The position numbers were made by a program, and so were the translations under genes. The notes below the pieces were generated by a model. That model had not been told where the DNA came from, did not search any database, and worked only from the letters and a program-made list of their open reading frames with translations. Below, one piece after another: positions 1 through 10,109 of a stretch of DNA of 64,000 bases. Positions within the stretch are counted from its first letter, which is position 1. The number at the start of each line of letters is the position of its first letter. This DNA is from Candidatus Hermodarchaeota archaeon (GTDB lineage: Archaea; Asgardarchaeota; Hermodarchaeia; Hermodarchaeales; Hermodarchaeaceae), in the NCBI GenBank assembly GCA_016839805.1, contig JAEOTO010000031.1:64001-128000 (forward strand). Direction: 5' to 3'.

Positions 1-38
1 TCTGGTTTGACCGCTATCTATCTTCCAAGAGAGGTGGC

Positions 39-1010
39 TTGGTCACGCAAGGTCTATTGGGTAGCCTACTAAATATCATTGGTATTGCAGTGATAATCGC
101 AATTTTCTGGTTCGTTATTGGTCCGTATATGATTCCAATGTTTAGTCCCTTTGCCCTCATGAATGTCTCTTCAATCGGAGGCAACTGGTATCTCGCACTC
201 TTCCTTTCATCTGCGGCAATTGGAACGATTCTTTCCTGTGGTTTCAGTTTTGCGTCTATTTGGGCTGCAGGAGGTATTTATTGGCCATTTACCGAATTAG
301 AGCAACCCAAGCGTGGCTTTGTTGTCATGCTTGTGGGAGCGGTCATCACGACTTTTACATGGCTTATTCTTTACTGGCCTTTTCAAATCGCAACAGCCCT
401 CCCACCCACTACAACTACTGTTGATTGGTCAATTTGGACTGCTTGGCCGTTCTGGGCTTACGACCCCATTGCTGGTGAAGTCAACAATGGTGGTGCTTAT
501 CTCTCACTAGCCTTTACTCAGTGGATTATCGTATTTGGATTACTTACCCTTATGACCTGGGATTATCAGCCATGGAAAGCCCTGAAGAAACAACCCTGGA
601 TTGGTTTAGCAGCGCTGATTGGCTGCACTCTTCTTGGTGGTCTCTTCGCGTTCTTCATTATGCCTACTCTACTAGCAGGTATAATGATGACTATGGGCTT
701 TGCGGCGATGCATGGCTTTTCGGCTTGGATTGCAGTGTTCATTATTCTAAACATATTCATCTGGACTCAATACTTTGGTAACTGGCCAAATCGGTTCAAC
801 ACCATAGTGAACATCCTAATCCGGACAATCATTGTCATCGTACTCGGTATCATTAGCCTCTATGTATACTTCTTCATCTCCCCAATGCTGTTAGGTGATC
901 TTCTCCTTACTGGAGTGTATAATCCTGTCAATTGGGTTCTATGGCTACTCTGGGCGATGCTGATTCATGTCTATATCTGGAAACGCGCACCAGGTTGGAA
1001 GAGCGTTTGA
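39..1010 (+). CDS. Polytopic membrane protein with internal W-P repeats, possibly a small amine/amino-acid permease
   Basis: About 8 hydrophobic segments; repeated YWPF..EQP..G / YQPW...KQPWIG / FGNWP motifs; GAGGTG SD before a TTG start. Confidence 0.55.
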   Translation: MVTQGLLGSLLNIIGIAVIIAIFWFVIGPYMIPMFSPFALMNVSSIGGNWYLALFLSSAAIGTILSCGFSFASIWAAGGIYWPFTELEQPKRGFVVMLVGAVITTFTWLILYWPFQIATALPPTTTTVDWSIWTAWPFWAYDPIAGEVNNGGAYLSLAFTQWIIVFGLLTLMTWDYQPWKALKKQPWIGLAALIGCTLLGGLFAFFIMPTLLAGIMMTMGFAAMHGFSAWIAVFIILNIFIWTQYFGNWPNRFNTIVNILIRTIIVIVLGIISLYVYFFISPMLLGDLLLTGVYNPVNWVLWLLWAMLIHVYIWKRAPGWKSV

Positions 1011-1046
1011 TACATGAAATGTTTATTAGAGCAAAATAAGTCCAAA

Positions 1047-1078
1047 TGCTCTTCCTCTTCCCTTTTTTCTTTTTTTTT
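1047..1078 (+). terminator. Pyrimidine/oligo-T tract, archaeal-type terminator
   Basis: CTTTTTTCTTTTTTTTT run between convergent genes. Confidence 0.55.
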
Positions 1079-1089
1079 GGATCTCGAGT

Positions 1090-1695
1090 TTAGATGAGTC
1101 CTAGAATTCTACCTGTGTTTATGATCGCTAATGCTATGAAGACTATTCCAAGGAGATCACCCACCGTTGTAGTTAAAGGAGGGATGATGCTATCCGGATC
1201 ACGTCCAGATCGGTAGACAACACGCGCTGAAATGAGTCCAATTAAGCTAGTACATGCTGTAGCTAGCACACCAGCTCCACAGATAGCGAGAAATATCAAT
1301 GGGAATCCTGTGGGAGGAAATATTAGCCCAATAATTGGAGACAACCAGATAATGATGGCAATGACACAAGCGCCCAAGAACGCGTAAGCAGATGCAGATA
1401 CTAGTAAAATTGCTAGGAGGTTTGTGATTAGTAAGCGGTAGGGTCTGAATCCTTGATCGAGTTCACCAGTGTAGAGGTGGCTTGTCACTCTAGCACCCAC
1501 AACGCCTGCCAAATCACCTGTGATATCGATGAATGCGGGAACCATCAAGAGAACTAATGGAAAAATAAGTTTTAGGCCTTTAAGGGTACCGTCTAAGAAT
1601 TGTCCCGCAGCTAAAGCAAAAACCAAAACTATAGCAAGCACAGGAAGGCTTTCAATGAGGATTTTACGAACCGTGTGTTCAGTCATGATTTTCAC
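1090..1695 (-). CDS. MgtE/SLC41-type divalent cation transporter, membrane domain
   Basis: ESLPVL, P..IDITGDL, G.DPD.IIPPL.TT.GDLLG motifs typical of the MgtE integral membrane domain. Confidence 0.85.
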   Translation of the reverse strand: MKIMTEHTVRKILIESLPVLAIVLVFALAAGQFLDGTLKGLKLIFPLVLLMVPAFIDITGDLAGVVGARVTSHLYTGELDQGFRPYRLLITNLLAILLVSASAYAFLGACVIAIIIWLSPIIGLIFPPTGFPLIFLAICGAGVLATACTSLIGLISARVVYRSGRDPDSIIPPLTTTVGDLLGIVFIALAIINTGRILGLI

Positions 1696-1699
1696 CTCG

Positions 1700-2329
1700 T
1701 TAGATTTGGATCAGTGGTGGGGGGAATATACTAAGTGTTAGAGTAATAGCCAGCAGAAGACAGGCGATTGTAATGATATCACCGATTGCGGCTACAATCG
1801 GAATTGTGATATTATCTGGATCCAGACCCCGAGCATGCGCAATGAGTGCTACTGTAACTGTGATTGTGACTTGGACCGTGCTAGCTAAAAGAGCTGTTAT
1901 TAAAGCAATGATAAGAAAATGGTGTAGATTTAACAGGTAACCACTTCGTGGTGCCAGTATCTGGATCAATTGGGAGACAAGCCAGGCACCGATTGCAAGG
2001 CAGAAGGACATGATGATGACAAGATAGAAGGCCGCTTTGATATTGGCGCGGAGAGGCTTATTGAGACCTTGTTCCCAGGAGACAGTACCTAGATGTGTAC
2101 CTGACCCGAGTCGTTGAGCTAGGCTAGTTGAAATGTTTCCCCGTAGCTGCATGAGTCCTGGAATGAGAATGAAGAGTCCGATTAGACTGGCGTAAGCTAC
2201 GTCAAGGCTAAGAAGTAGAGTGCCGGCGAAAAGCTCCGCTAGGACCGTGAAGAGAAGGACGGGCATGGCTTCGCGGTAGACTCGCCAGATGAGTTTGGGT
2301 GAACTGCCGTTGACCGCCATCGTCATCAT
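1700..2329 (-). CDS. MgtE/SLC41-type divalent cation transporter, membrane domain (paralog)
   Basis: PGLMQLRGNI...RLGSGTHLG and GLDPDNITIPIVAAIGD motifs. Confidence 0.88.
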   Translation of the reverse strand: MMTMAVNGSSPKLIWRVYREAMPVLLFTVLAELFAGTLLLSLDVAYASLIGLFILIPGLMQLRGNISTSLAQRLGSGTHLGTVSWEQGLNKPLRANIKAAFYLVIIMSFCLAIGAWLVSQLIQILAPRSGYLLNLHHFLIIALITALLASTVQVTITVTVALIAHARGLDPDNITIPIVAAIGDIITIACLLLAITLTLSIFPPPLIQI

Positions 2330-2523
2330 CTCCTGGTGAATTGGTTAATGTCATTGTGAGATTTCGGTGGCTGAGTTGAATTTGAAATGTCATTGTTTGT
2401 CACCCTTTTTGGAGCTTTGCTCTGTAAGCCGAATTTTAGGCTTGCTAAAAGCCATAGCTTGAACAAGTCAATAAATATGTTTCCTTTGGTTCGAATCAAA
2501 ATTTCTGAATAATGATCTACTTG

Positions 2524-2542
2524 TGTTCAAAAATGTTGAACA
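2524..2542. promoter_or_regulatory. Perfect inverted repeat TGTTCAA-N5-TTGAACA, candidate operator
   Basis: Seen in the divergent intergenic region upstream of the beta-propeller gene. Confidence 0.5.
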
Positions 2543-2602
2543 GTATTGTAGTAAATGTTCTATTCTTTAGATTAAAGGTCAATTGTTACAAAATAATACT
2601 TC

Positions 2603-4483
2603 ATGTCAGTTTTCACTAAAGTTAGAAATCGATTACGAGTTTTTCATCATCGTGCTACACCATCTGTTCGGGTGTTACTAATTCTTGCTACGATATTAGG
2701 AAGCACCGCATTCTTGGGTTTTTATTTTGGGTTTGAAAATTCTCCTCCAATACAATTACAACGATTTTCATCATCCATTGCTTTGACCAATTTTCTGGAA
2801 AATCATCACCCTCCACCAATGACTGGGTTATGGGGTGAACAACTAATACTAGGTCAAATTGAATCCACCCCAAGATCAGACTATAGTTTTACTGGAACAA
2901 GTGGTTATTCAACAACGAATGTGCAAACGGAAGGAGTCGATGAGCCGGATAGTGTCAAAACCGATGGAAAATTTATCTATACTATTGTCGAAGAAGAAAT
3001 CGTTGTAGTAGACGCATATCCCCCTGAAACTGCGAAAATCATCTCTAGAATTCAACTTTCCGGAAGCCCACTTGCTCTTTTTATACATACCTCATCGAAA
3101 ATTGTAATAATTGAGCAGAATGTTGGAGAAGTCATTATCGAAATTTTTGATACCTCTAATCCCGAAGAAATTACTTTAGATTTTTGGCTGAAACTTACTG
3201 GATACTATCATGGCGCACGGATGATTGGTCAGTACGTATACCTAATAGCCCATTCATATGTGCAAGATGATCAGGGTATAGCCTTGCCCTTTGTAGAAAC
3301 ATCCAAGAGCTACTACCCTGTGCCTGTAGAGAACATCTACTATGATCCAGGTGCCTATGACTATGGTTTCAACTACAAAATGATTGTTTGCTTCGATATC
3401 ACTGATTCAGAAGCAGATCCGGATATAGAGACAATCCTGGTGGGTGGCTCAACATGCACACTTTATTCATCACTGAACAACATTTACCTCGCTGTATCCC
3501 GATACCCCCTTCTAACTCGAAGCGCGTTCGATAAAAAAACTGCCATTCATCGGTTTCAAATAAATGCAGGAGATGTCTCCTACAAGGCTAGTGGCATTAT
3601 CCCAGGTTATCTTATCAACCAATTTGCGTTAGACGAAGCTCAAGCGTATCTTCGAGTGGCCACTACCAGCTGGTTCCAGACTCTGCTTACACCTGAATTA
3701 GATACAAGACCCTGGATTGAGGTAAGCAACGTTTACATCCTCGATATGAACATGAAAATCGTGGGAAAGGTTGAGGGATTAGCACCTGGAGAGACCATAT
3801 ATTCTGCTCGCTTCGTTGGAACTACTGCATATCTGGTTACTTTCTACAAAACGGATCCATTATTCATCATCGATCTGACTCTTCCACAACACCCGAAACT
3901 TTTAGGTGAATTAGTGATTCCTGGTTACTCAGATTATCTTCATCCGTTAGATAACGGGTTCTTATTGGGACTGGGTAAAGATGTAATAGCCAGTGAGACT
4001 GAACAATGGTGGTATCAAGGCGTCAAGGTGAGCTTATTTAACATAACTAACCCGATTCAGCCTGAAGAGACTGAACGCCTTATAATTGGGGATCGGGGAA
4101 CAGAATCAGAGGCATTATATGACCACAAAGCCGTCTTAGTTGATACCAACCGTAATTTGCTAGTTATCCCCATTTGTTTAGCTGAACATCCAGAGGGGTC
4201 GACTCCAGAACCATATGACCATGGAGATATTGTTTGGCAAGGAGCATATATCTTCAAACTCAATACAACTAGCGGACAAATCGAGCTTCGAGGGGAAATT
4301 ACACATCTAGAAGATCTTGAAGCATTCCAAGAGGATTGGTGGGACTTTCGAGACTTCTTCATTAGTCGAACCTTGTTTATTGGTGACGTTCTTTACACAA
4401 TCTCACAGCAAACCCTCATGTATCACAGTCTATCTAATCTCAATTACATTGGTGAAATTCAACTCACGTCAGGCAGTGTGTGA
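2603..4483 (+). CDS. Membrane-anchored secreted beta-propeller domain protein
   Basis: N-terminal TM; YSTTNVQTEGVDEPD.VKTDG, LINQFALDE, GETIYSARF, PGYSDYLHP family motifs. Confidence 0.9.
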   Translation: MSVFTKVRNRLRVFHHRATPSVRVLLILATILGSTAFLGFYFGFENSPPIQLQRFSSSIALTNFLENHHPPPMTGLWGEQLILGQIESTPRSDYSFTGTSGYSTTNVQTEGVDEPDSVKTDGKFIYTIVEEEIVVVDAYPPETAKIISRIQLSGSPLALFIHTSSKIVIIEQNVGEVIIEIFDTSNPEEITLDFWLKLTGYYHGARMIGQYVYLIAHSYVQDDQGIALPFVETSKSYYPVPVENIYYDPGAYDYGFNYKMIVCFDITDSEADPDIETILVGGSTCTLYSSLNNIYLAVSRYPLLTRSAFDKKTAIHRFQINAGDVSYKASGIIPGYLINQFALDEAQAYLRVATTSWFQTLLTPELDTRPWIEVSNVYILDMNMKIVGKVEGLAPGETIYSARFVGTTAYLVTFYKTDPLFIIDLTLPQHPKLLGELVIPGYSDYLHPLDNGFLLGLGKDVIASETEQWWYQGVKVSLFNITNPIQPEETERLIIGDRGTESEALYDHKAVLVDTNRNLLVIPICLAEHPEGSTPEPYDHGDIVWQGAYIFKLNTTSGQIELRGEITHLEDLEAFQEDWWDFRDFFISRTLFIGDVLYTISQQTLMYHSLSNLNYIGEIQLTSGSV

Positions 4484-4487
4484 TGAG

Positions 4488-5921
4488 TTAAAACGCTTCA
4501 AGATATTTGTGGATGTTCTTTGCAGCTTGCTTCCCTTCCCCCGCTGCTGCAATGACGGTGCCTTCTCCACCTGTTAGGTCACCTGCAGCCCACACATGAG
4601 GAATTGAGGTTTCAAGAGTATCTGGATTGACAATAACATCCCCCCACTTGTCACATTCAAGTTCGGGAGTGCAACGAGGGACTGATGGGTTGGCAGATGC
4701 ACCAATGGCAAAGATAACTGTGTCTACTGGAAATTCAAACTCAGAGCCTACAATCGCTTCAGGGCGACATCGACCACTCTCATCCGGTTCACCAAGACAG
4801 TTGCGAATACATCGCATGACTTGGACGCGACCTTGATTGTCACCAAAGAGTTCAAGTGGTTGGGTCAGGAATTTAAAATCCACGCCCTCCTCTTGAGCGT
4901 GGCGATATTCCTCACGGCGAACGGGCATTTCATTTTCTGAGCGACGATACACAATATACACTGTCTTCGCACCCAATCGCAAGGCAGTTCGTGCACTATC
5001 CATGGCGGCATTTCCGCCACCAATCACTGCAACGACTTTTCCACGGATAATTGGAGTATCAAACTCAGGAAATTGGTAAGCCCGCATAAGATTTACTCGC
5101 GTAAGGAATTCATTGCTACTGTAGGTTCCAACGAGATTGACTCCAGGAATCCTGAGAAAGGTGGGAAGACCGGCACCTGAGGCAAGGAGAATTGCATCAA
5201 AACCGTGAGTGAAAAGATCTTCAAGGGAATAGAGTTGTCCAATGAAAGCGTTAAGTTGAAACTCGACTCCGAGCTGTTTAAGATAATCTACTTCAGCTTT
5301 GACGATAGCTTTGGGAAGCCGAAACTCAGGGATACCGTAGACAAGAACCCCACCAGGTTCATGCAGACTCTCGAAAACTGTGACTTGATGGCCTAAGAGC
5401 GCTAAATCACCGGCAGCGGTAAGCCCTGCGGGTCCGCTCCCTACGATGGCTACCCGGTAACCTGTCGGTTTAGGTAATTTTGGAACTTCCACACCATGTT
5501 CACGTTCCCAATCAGCAAGGAACCGCTCAATTCGACCAATCTCGATTGGATTCCCCTTCTTACTTAGAATACAACCTGCCTGACATTGAATTTCTTGCGG
5601 GCATACCCGTCCACAGATTGCGGGCAAACTATTTTTCTCTTTAATAATACGAATTGCTCCACGATAATCGCGATCCCGCACCGCTTCCAGAAATCGGTTA
5701 ATCTCAATTTCAACAGGACAACCATCAACACATTTTGGAGTCTTACATGCCATGCAGCGTTCAGCTTCATGGAGGATTTGCTCTTCGGTATATCCCAAAT
5801 TGACTTCATCAAAGTTCTTAATGCGTACTTGGGGGTCTTGAGCGGGCATCTTAGGTGCGGGGATTGTCCAAGGTTGTGGTGTACTCTTCTTAGGTGTTTC
5901 CTTGGTTTGCTTGTCTGCCAT
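4488..5921 (-). CDS. nfnB: NfnB/SudA-like Fe-S flavoprotein (glutamate synthase beta homolog)
   Basis: RC..C..PKCVDGCP and CGRVCPQE.QC Fe-S motifs; GSGPAG and GGGN.AMD Rossmann motifs. Confidence 0.88.
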   Translation of the reverse strand: MADKQTKETPKKSTPQPWTIPAPKMPAQDPQVRIKNFDEVNLGYTEEQILHEAERCMACKTPKCVDGCPVEIEINRFLEAVRDRDYRGAIRIIKEKNSLPAICGRVCPQEIQCQAGCILSKKGNPIEIGRIERFLADWEREHGVEVPKLPKPTGYRVAIVGSGPAGLTAAGDLALLGHQVTVFESLHEPGGVLVYGIPEFRLPKAIVKAEVDYLKQLGVEFQLNAFIGQLYSLEDLFTHGFDAILLASGAGLPTFLRIPGVNLVGTYSSNEFLTRVNLMRAYQFPEFDTPIIRGKVVAVIGGGNAAMDSARTALRLGAKTVYIVYRRSENEMPVRREEYRHAQEEGVDFKFLTQPLELFGDNQGRVQVMRCIRNCLGEPDESGRCRPEAIVGSEFEFPVDTVIFAIGASANPSVPRCTPELECDKWGDVIVNPDTLETSIPHVWAAGDLTGGEGTVIAAAGEGKQAAKNIHKYLEAF

Positions 5922-6023
5922 AACTTAACCTTCATGAAATTCCTTACTGACATCGAGGGTGCACAGACTCTCGGATTAAAGCGTTCCGCTAATTCAGCCT
6001 CGTATGTCAGATATAGATTCCTT

Positions 6024-7874
6024 TCACCAGAGGTCCTTCGCAACATCGTTTAGATCGAGTTGATGGAGCACTTCGCGTGTTGGTTTCCCAGTTTGTGGAT
6101 CCCATTGACTAGATACATAGAATTCTTTGAGTTGGTCAGGAAGATTCGGAGTTTTTCCCTCATTGGGTCCCTGGGTAAATGGTTTTAGTATACCGCTAGG
6201 TAGTTGGTCATCTTGGGCGGTGATACCGCACCGGATGTTGAAAGCACGTTTTAGTGTCATGGTCCGTTGACCAATTTTGAGGAGTTGAAGTGGCGTTAAC
6301 TCCCGTCCAGTAGTGGTGTTGTATAGAGCTGTAACAAGGGAGGGTTCGAGAAGAGCTAATTGACATATTAAAAGTGAATTGAAGAGGGTTCGCCAGTTTC
6401 GCATTGTAGCTACAGCCTTACCCTGTCCTTCGTTGGTGTGACGATCACCTGGTTCAAGGTCAAATTCTGGAACACTGACACCCATTTCTATCGTATGGAT
6501 GTCTCCTTGCATGTGATGTGCTCCAATAGGTGATACGGCATATGCAGCAGCAAGGCCGTAGAAGGCGCGGGGATCATGCATGGGAACCTCAAGCCCTTTA
6601 ACATGGACTGCTAGCTCCGGTATTCCAAGTCGATCTCCAGCCCGTTCCACGCCTTCAGCTAGAAGATCTCCGAGTCCTTCTCGTTTTGCGATCATCTCAA
6701 TGAGGGTAACTACCGTTTGGGCATCACTGAATTTCAGATTCAAGGAACCAACGAATTCTTTGGCTAGCTTGCCTTGTTCGTGGGCAGCAAAGCTAAAGGC
6801 GATTACATTACCGCATGAAATAGTATCGAGGCCATACAGGTTACAAAGATGGTTAGCTAGACATAATGAGGGTAAATCGTCAACCTGACAAAGTGTCCCG
6901 AGAGCGCCAATGGTTTCGTATTCGGGACCAGCAACATCTTTTAACGAGATCGAGTCTGTCTCAACTGATACTATTGGACCGCAGCCGATTGGACAAAGAT
7001 GACACCGGAACTGCCCCGATCGATATTCTTTGAGGGCAAGGGCATTGATTTTCGAAATATCCATGAATGGTTCAGTGAAATATCGGACCGGCATATCGTT
7101 GAAAAGGTTCATTAGCATATCAGCGCCATACAATGTCCCATTCGCACCCAAAATGGGAGCCAGCCCTTCAAGCAATTGAAATGCACTTCTTACATGTTCA
7201 CGGAATGCCTTAATATCAGCTAGTTCAGGTTTTTGTGACCCTCGAACTGCTATAGCTTTGAGTTGCTTAGCCCCCAAAATGGCACCTGCACCTGCTCGAG
7301 CACTCGCCCGTCCTTTATCATTCATAATAGCTGCGAATCGGACTCGATTTTCACCTGCCTGACCTATGGATAAGACACGAACCTTCTTGTCTGCAAGGTC
7401 TTTTTTGATGATTTTTTCTGTTTCAAAGGTATCTTGACCCCAAAGGTGGTCAGCAGGTTTTATCTTGGCAGTATCATCTTGAATTGTTAGATACACCGGG
7501 GATTGTGCAGAGCCTGTAATGAGGATCCCATCAAGCCCAGCCTGCCGTAGTTCAGCTCCGAAGTATCCTCCGCCTGTCGATTCACCCCAAATTCCAGTGA
7601 GGGCTGATTTTGTGCATATAGCATGACGGCCGGTACAAGGGGCTCCAGTGGCAGTAAGTGGTCCTGTGAATATAGCGATTTCGTTTTTAGGGTGGAGGGC
7701 ATCGAGGGTCTCAATCTTTAGACGGTCATATAGTAGTCGAGTAGCGTAGCCAGCTCCACCAATGAAATCCCGTGCATAGTCCCAATTAAGGGGCTTACGT
7801 TGGGTAATACCCTTGGTCAAATCAACGAAAAGAAATTCACCCATATACCCGTTCAGGGTGGGCACAATTATCAC
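6024..7874 (-). CDS. aor: Tungsten aldehyde:ferredoxin oxidoreductase family protein
   Basis: KS.LTG.WGES.GG, C..CPIGC, GPEYET, GLDTIS, VKGLE.P.HDPR motifs. Confidence 0.92.
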   Translation of the reverse strand: MIIVPTLNGYMGEFLFVDLTKGITQRKPLNWDYARDFIGGAGYATRLLYDRLKIETLDALHPKNEIAIFTGPLTATGAPCTGRHAICTKSALTGIWGESTGGGYFGAELRQAGLDGILITGSAQSPVYLTIQDDTAKIKPADHLWGQDTFETEKIIKKDLADKKVRVLSIGQAGENRVRFAAIMNDKGRASARAGAGAILGAKQLKAIAVRGSQKPELADIKAFREHVRSAFQLLEGLAPILGANGTLYGADMLMNLFNDMPVRYFTEPFMDISKINALALKEYRSGQFRCHLCPIGCGPIVSVETDSISLKDVAGPEYETIGALGTLCQVDDLPSLCLANHLCNLYGLDTISCGNVIAFSFAAHEQGKLAKEFVGSLNLKFSDAQTVVTLIEMIAKREGLGDLLAEGVERAGDRLGIPELAVHVKGLEVPMHDPRAFYGLAAAYAVSPIGAHHMQGDIHTIEMGVSVPEFDLEPGDRHTNEGQGKAVATMRNWRTLFNSLLICQLALLEPSLVTALYNTTTGRELTPLQLLKIGQRTMTLKRAFNIRCGITAQDDQLPSGILKPFTQGPNEGKTPNLPDQLKEFYVSSQWDPQTGKPTREVLHQLDLNDVAKDLW

Positions 7875-8539
7875 CGCTTTTTGAGATGTTTCATAACTTC
7901 AAACATCTGTTGCTGAGTCTCAATGGATTCCGTTGGGAGCATAGTGATTTTCTTTTTATCAACAGATGCAGCCAATAGGTAAATGTGAGCAACTCGTTGG
8001 AGGAGAAGAGCATTATAAAGGGCATCATCTAGGGTTGGACCAACACATACCGCTCCGTGATTGGCAAGAAACACTGCATTCCGTGGACCGAGAGCTTCCA
8101 CTGTATTTTTCGCGAGTTCCTCACTTCCCATGAATCCATATTCGGCGACTTCCACTTGTCCTCCCAGTCGAATGACGAATTCATCGACTATTGGAGGAAG
8201 TGGTTCACGGAGTACAGCCATTGTAGAAGCATAAACGCAGTGAGTGTGTATAATTGCGTTTACATCAGGGCGAGCCTGGTAGATAGCTAAGTGGAGGGGA
8301 TACTCACTGGAGGGATTTCGCTCACCTTCGACAATTTCTCCATTCATATCAATTATCATGACATCTTTGATGTCCATACAGGTATAATCAACGTTACTTG
8401 GTGTGATAGCAACATTATCTGTATTGTTGATTCGAATACTAGCATTGCCTGAACTGCCTATGACAAGGGCTGCTTTTAGCATTTCTTGGCAGACATCGAA
8501 AACTTCACGTTTCACATCTTGAGTTGAATCGGGTGTCAT
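7871..8539 (-). CDS. Class II aldolase (L-fuculose-phosphate aldolase-like)
   Basis: GSSGNAS, PSSE, H.HTH, L.NHG Zn motifs; start trimmed to MTPDSTQ. Confidence 0.9.
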   Translation of the reverse strand: MTPDSTQDVKREVFDVCQEMLKAALVIGSSGNASIRINNTDNVAITPSNVDYTCMDIKDVMIIDMNGEIVEGERNPSSEYPLHLAIYQARPDVNAIIHTHCVYASTMAVLREPLPPIVDEFVIRLGGQVEVAEYGFMGSEELAKNTVEALGPRNAVFLANHGAVCVGPTLDDALYNALLLQRVAHIYLLAASVDKKKITMLPTESIETQQQMFEVMKHLKKR

Positions 8540-8570
8540 TTCAATCCGCCGTCCAGTAGAGGTTGTTTCT

Positions 8571-10097
8571 TCATAGATTAGCCGATTGCTTGTACAATAT
8601 TTGCCATCGGAAGAAATAGGTTTCGTATTTTCTTTGGTTTTCCGAGTTTGGTTTAAGTGAGGGTAGCAAATTGACCATCTTTTGAGCTGAGTTAAACAGA
8701 GAATCGTAGAGCCCAGCAGCTGTTGCGGCGCAGATAGCAGCCCCCAGGCTAGAAGCTTCAACCTCACTCCCTCGATAGATTTCAAGCCCTGTCACATCAG
8801 CAAGCATCTGTTGCCACAATTGACTTCGTATTAGACCTCCCGCAACAGTACAATGGTCAAATTTGACTTTTGCCCGTTCTTGGATTAATTCCAGATTGCT
8901 ACGCATGGCATAACAGATGTTTTCGAAAAGTGCACGAGCTAGATCATTTATTGTGATTGGGGTAATTGCTGGTAAGGTAAGGGAGGGAAAAATAAACATG
9001 GATGGTCGAAGGGTCGTCATATTACTGGCATCCATGATTTGAGGACCGAGTATCGCCATAGCATCTGTTGAGCCTACCTCAGTCTGTTTTGCTAACTGTT
9101 CAACTAGCATATAAGCTGCCTGTGGATCCTTCAAATTCGGAGAGAGAGGTTGAACAAGATTTTGAATAAACCAGCGGAGTATCTCTCCGGTTGTACCGGT
9201 ATTCGCCTCAAGTATCCAACGATTAGGAAGCAAGTATCTTCCGGTCCAGAGTTTACATGCTTCATCGATGATTGGGGTGTCAGTGATGAGTTGAATTGGC
9301 GCAGTATTTCCAGCCACAATGCATACCTTACTAGGTTCCAATATGGCAGAACCTAATAATGCACATTGAGTATCACCTCCACCGATACCAACAATTGTCT
9401 TGGTTGATAACCCAGTCACCTTACTGGCGTTAGTCGTAACATTTCCTACAACACTTCCCGGATTACGAATAGGTGGCAGTAACTCAGCTGGGACTTCAGC
9501 CATCTCAAGGATTTCCTGAGACCAAACCGATTTTTGAATATCCATGAACTGAGTATTGGAGGCTTGCGAGGGATCGGTCGTTACTTCTCCGGTTAATTGG
9601 TATACAATCCAGTCATTGATAGAAAGCACGTGTTGGATTTGAGCGAAGAGATCTGGTTTTAGTCGTTTAAACCAAATGAGTCGGCAAAGGGAATAAAGAA
9701 GTGGAGGCCAACAGCCAGTGGGTGGGCAGCTCGTTTTAAGTTCCTCAATTACTGAGTCTTGTACAAAAACTCCACGTGCATCTAGGTTGGGACCGGAATA
9801 GATAATTTTTCCCTTCTCCCCGAGAAACACTGCGCCATGTCGTTGGCTTGTTGCAGCTACGGCTTTAATAGTTTCAGGTAACACCTTTTCATCTCGTAGG
9901 CAATCGCGAATCATTTTTGTAATCGTGATCCATGCGCCCGTTGCATCAAATTCCTTGCCAATGCCAGAGAGTCCCTCAGAGTCGTAATATTGGATTGGTG
10001 TGTAGCGTTTAATCACACGTTTTCCTGTGGAAGTAAAAATAATACACTTGATGCCGGAGGTTCCAAAATCAATGGTCAGCAAGTTATCTTGGGCCAT
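8571..10097 (-). CDS. FGGY-family carbohydrate kinase (LsrK/xylulokinase-like)
   Basis: IDFGTSGIK, TSQR.G, GGGDTQ.A..G, GG...S.LW.Q.LADV motifs. Confidence 0.9.
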   Translation of the reverse strand: MAQDNLLTIDFGTSGIKCIIFTSTGKRVIKRYTPIQYYDSEGLSGIGKEFDATGAWITITKMIRDCLRDEKVLPETIKAVAATSQRHGAVFLGEKGKIIYSGPNLDARGVFVQDSVIEELKTSCPPTGCWPPLLYSLCRLIWFKRLKPDLFAQIQHVLSINDWIVYQLTGEVTTDPSQASNTQFMDIQKSVWSQEILEMAEVPAELLPPIRNPGSVVGNVTTNASKVTGLSTKTIVGIGGGDTQCALLGSAILEPSKVCIVAGNTAPIQLITDTPIIDEACKLWTGRYLLPNRWILEANTGTTGEILRWFIQNLVQPLSPNLKDPQAAYMLVEQLAKQTEVGSTDAMAILGPQIMDASNMTTLRPSMFIFPSLTLPAITPITINDLARALFENICYAMRSNLELIQERAKVKFDHCTVAGGLIRSQLWQQMLADVTGLEIYRGSEVEASSLGAAICAATAAGLYDSLFNSAQKMVNLLPSLKPNSENQRKYETYFFRWQILYKQSANL

Positions 10098-10109
10098 TTT
10101 AAGTCCTCA

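Noticed and set aside
8540-8785. Apparent N-terminal extension of the aldolase
   Set aside because: Overlaps the kinase in another frame; the family starts at MTPD (8539)
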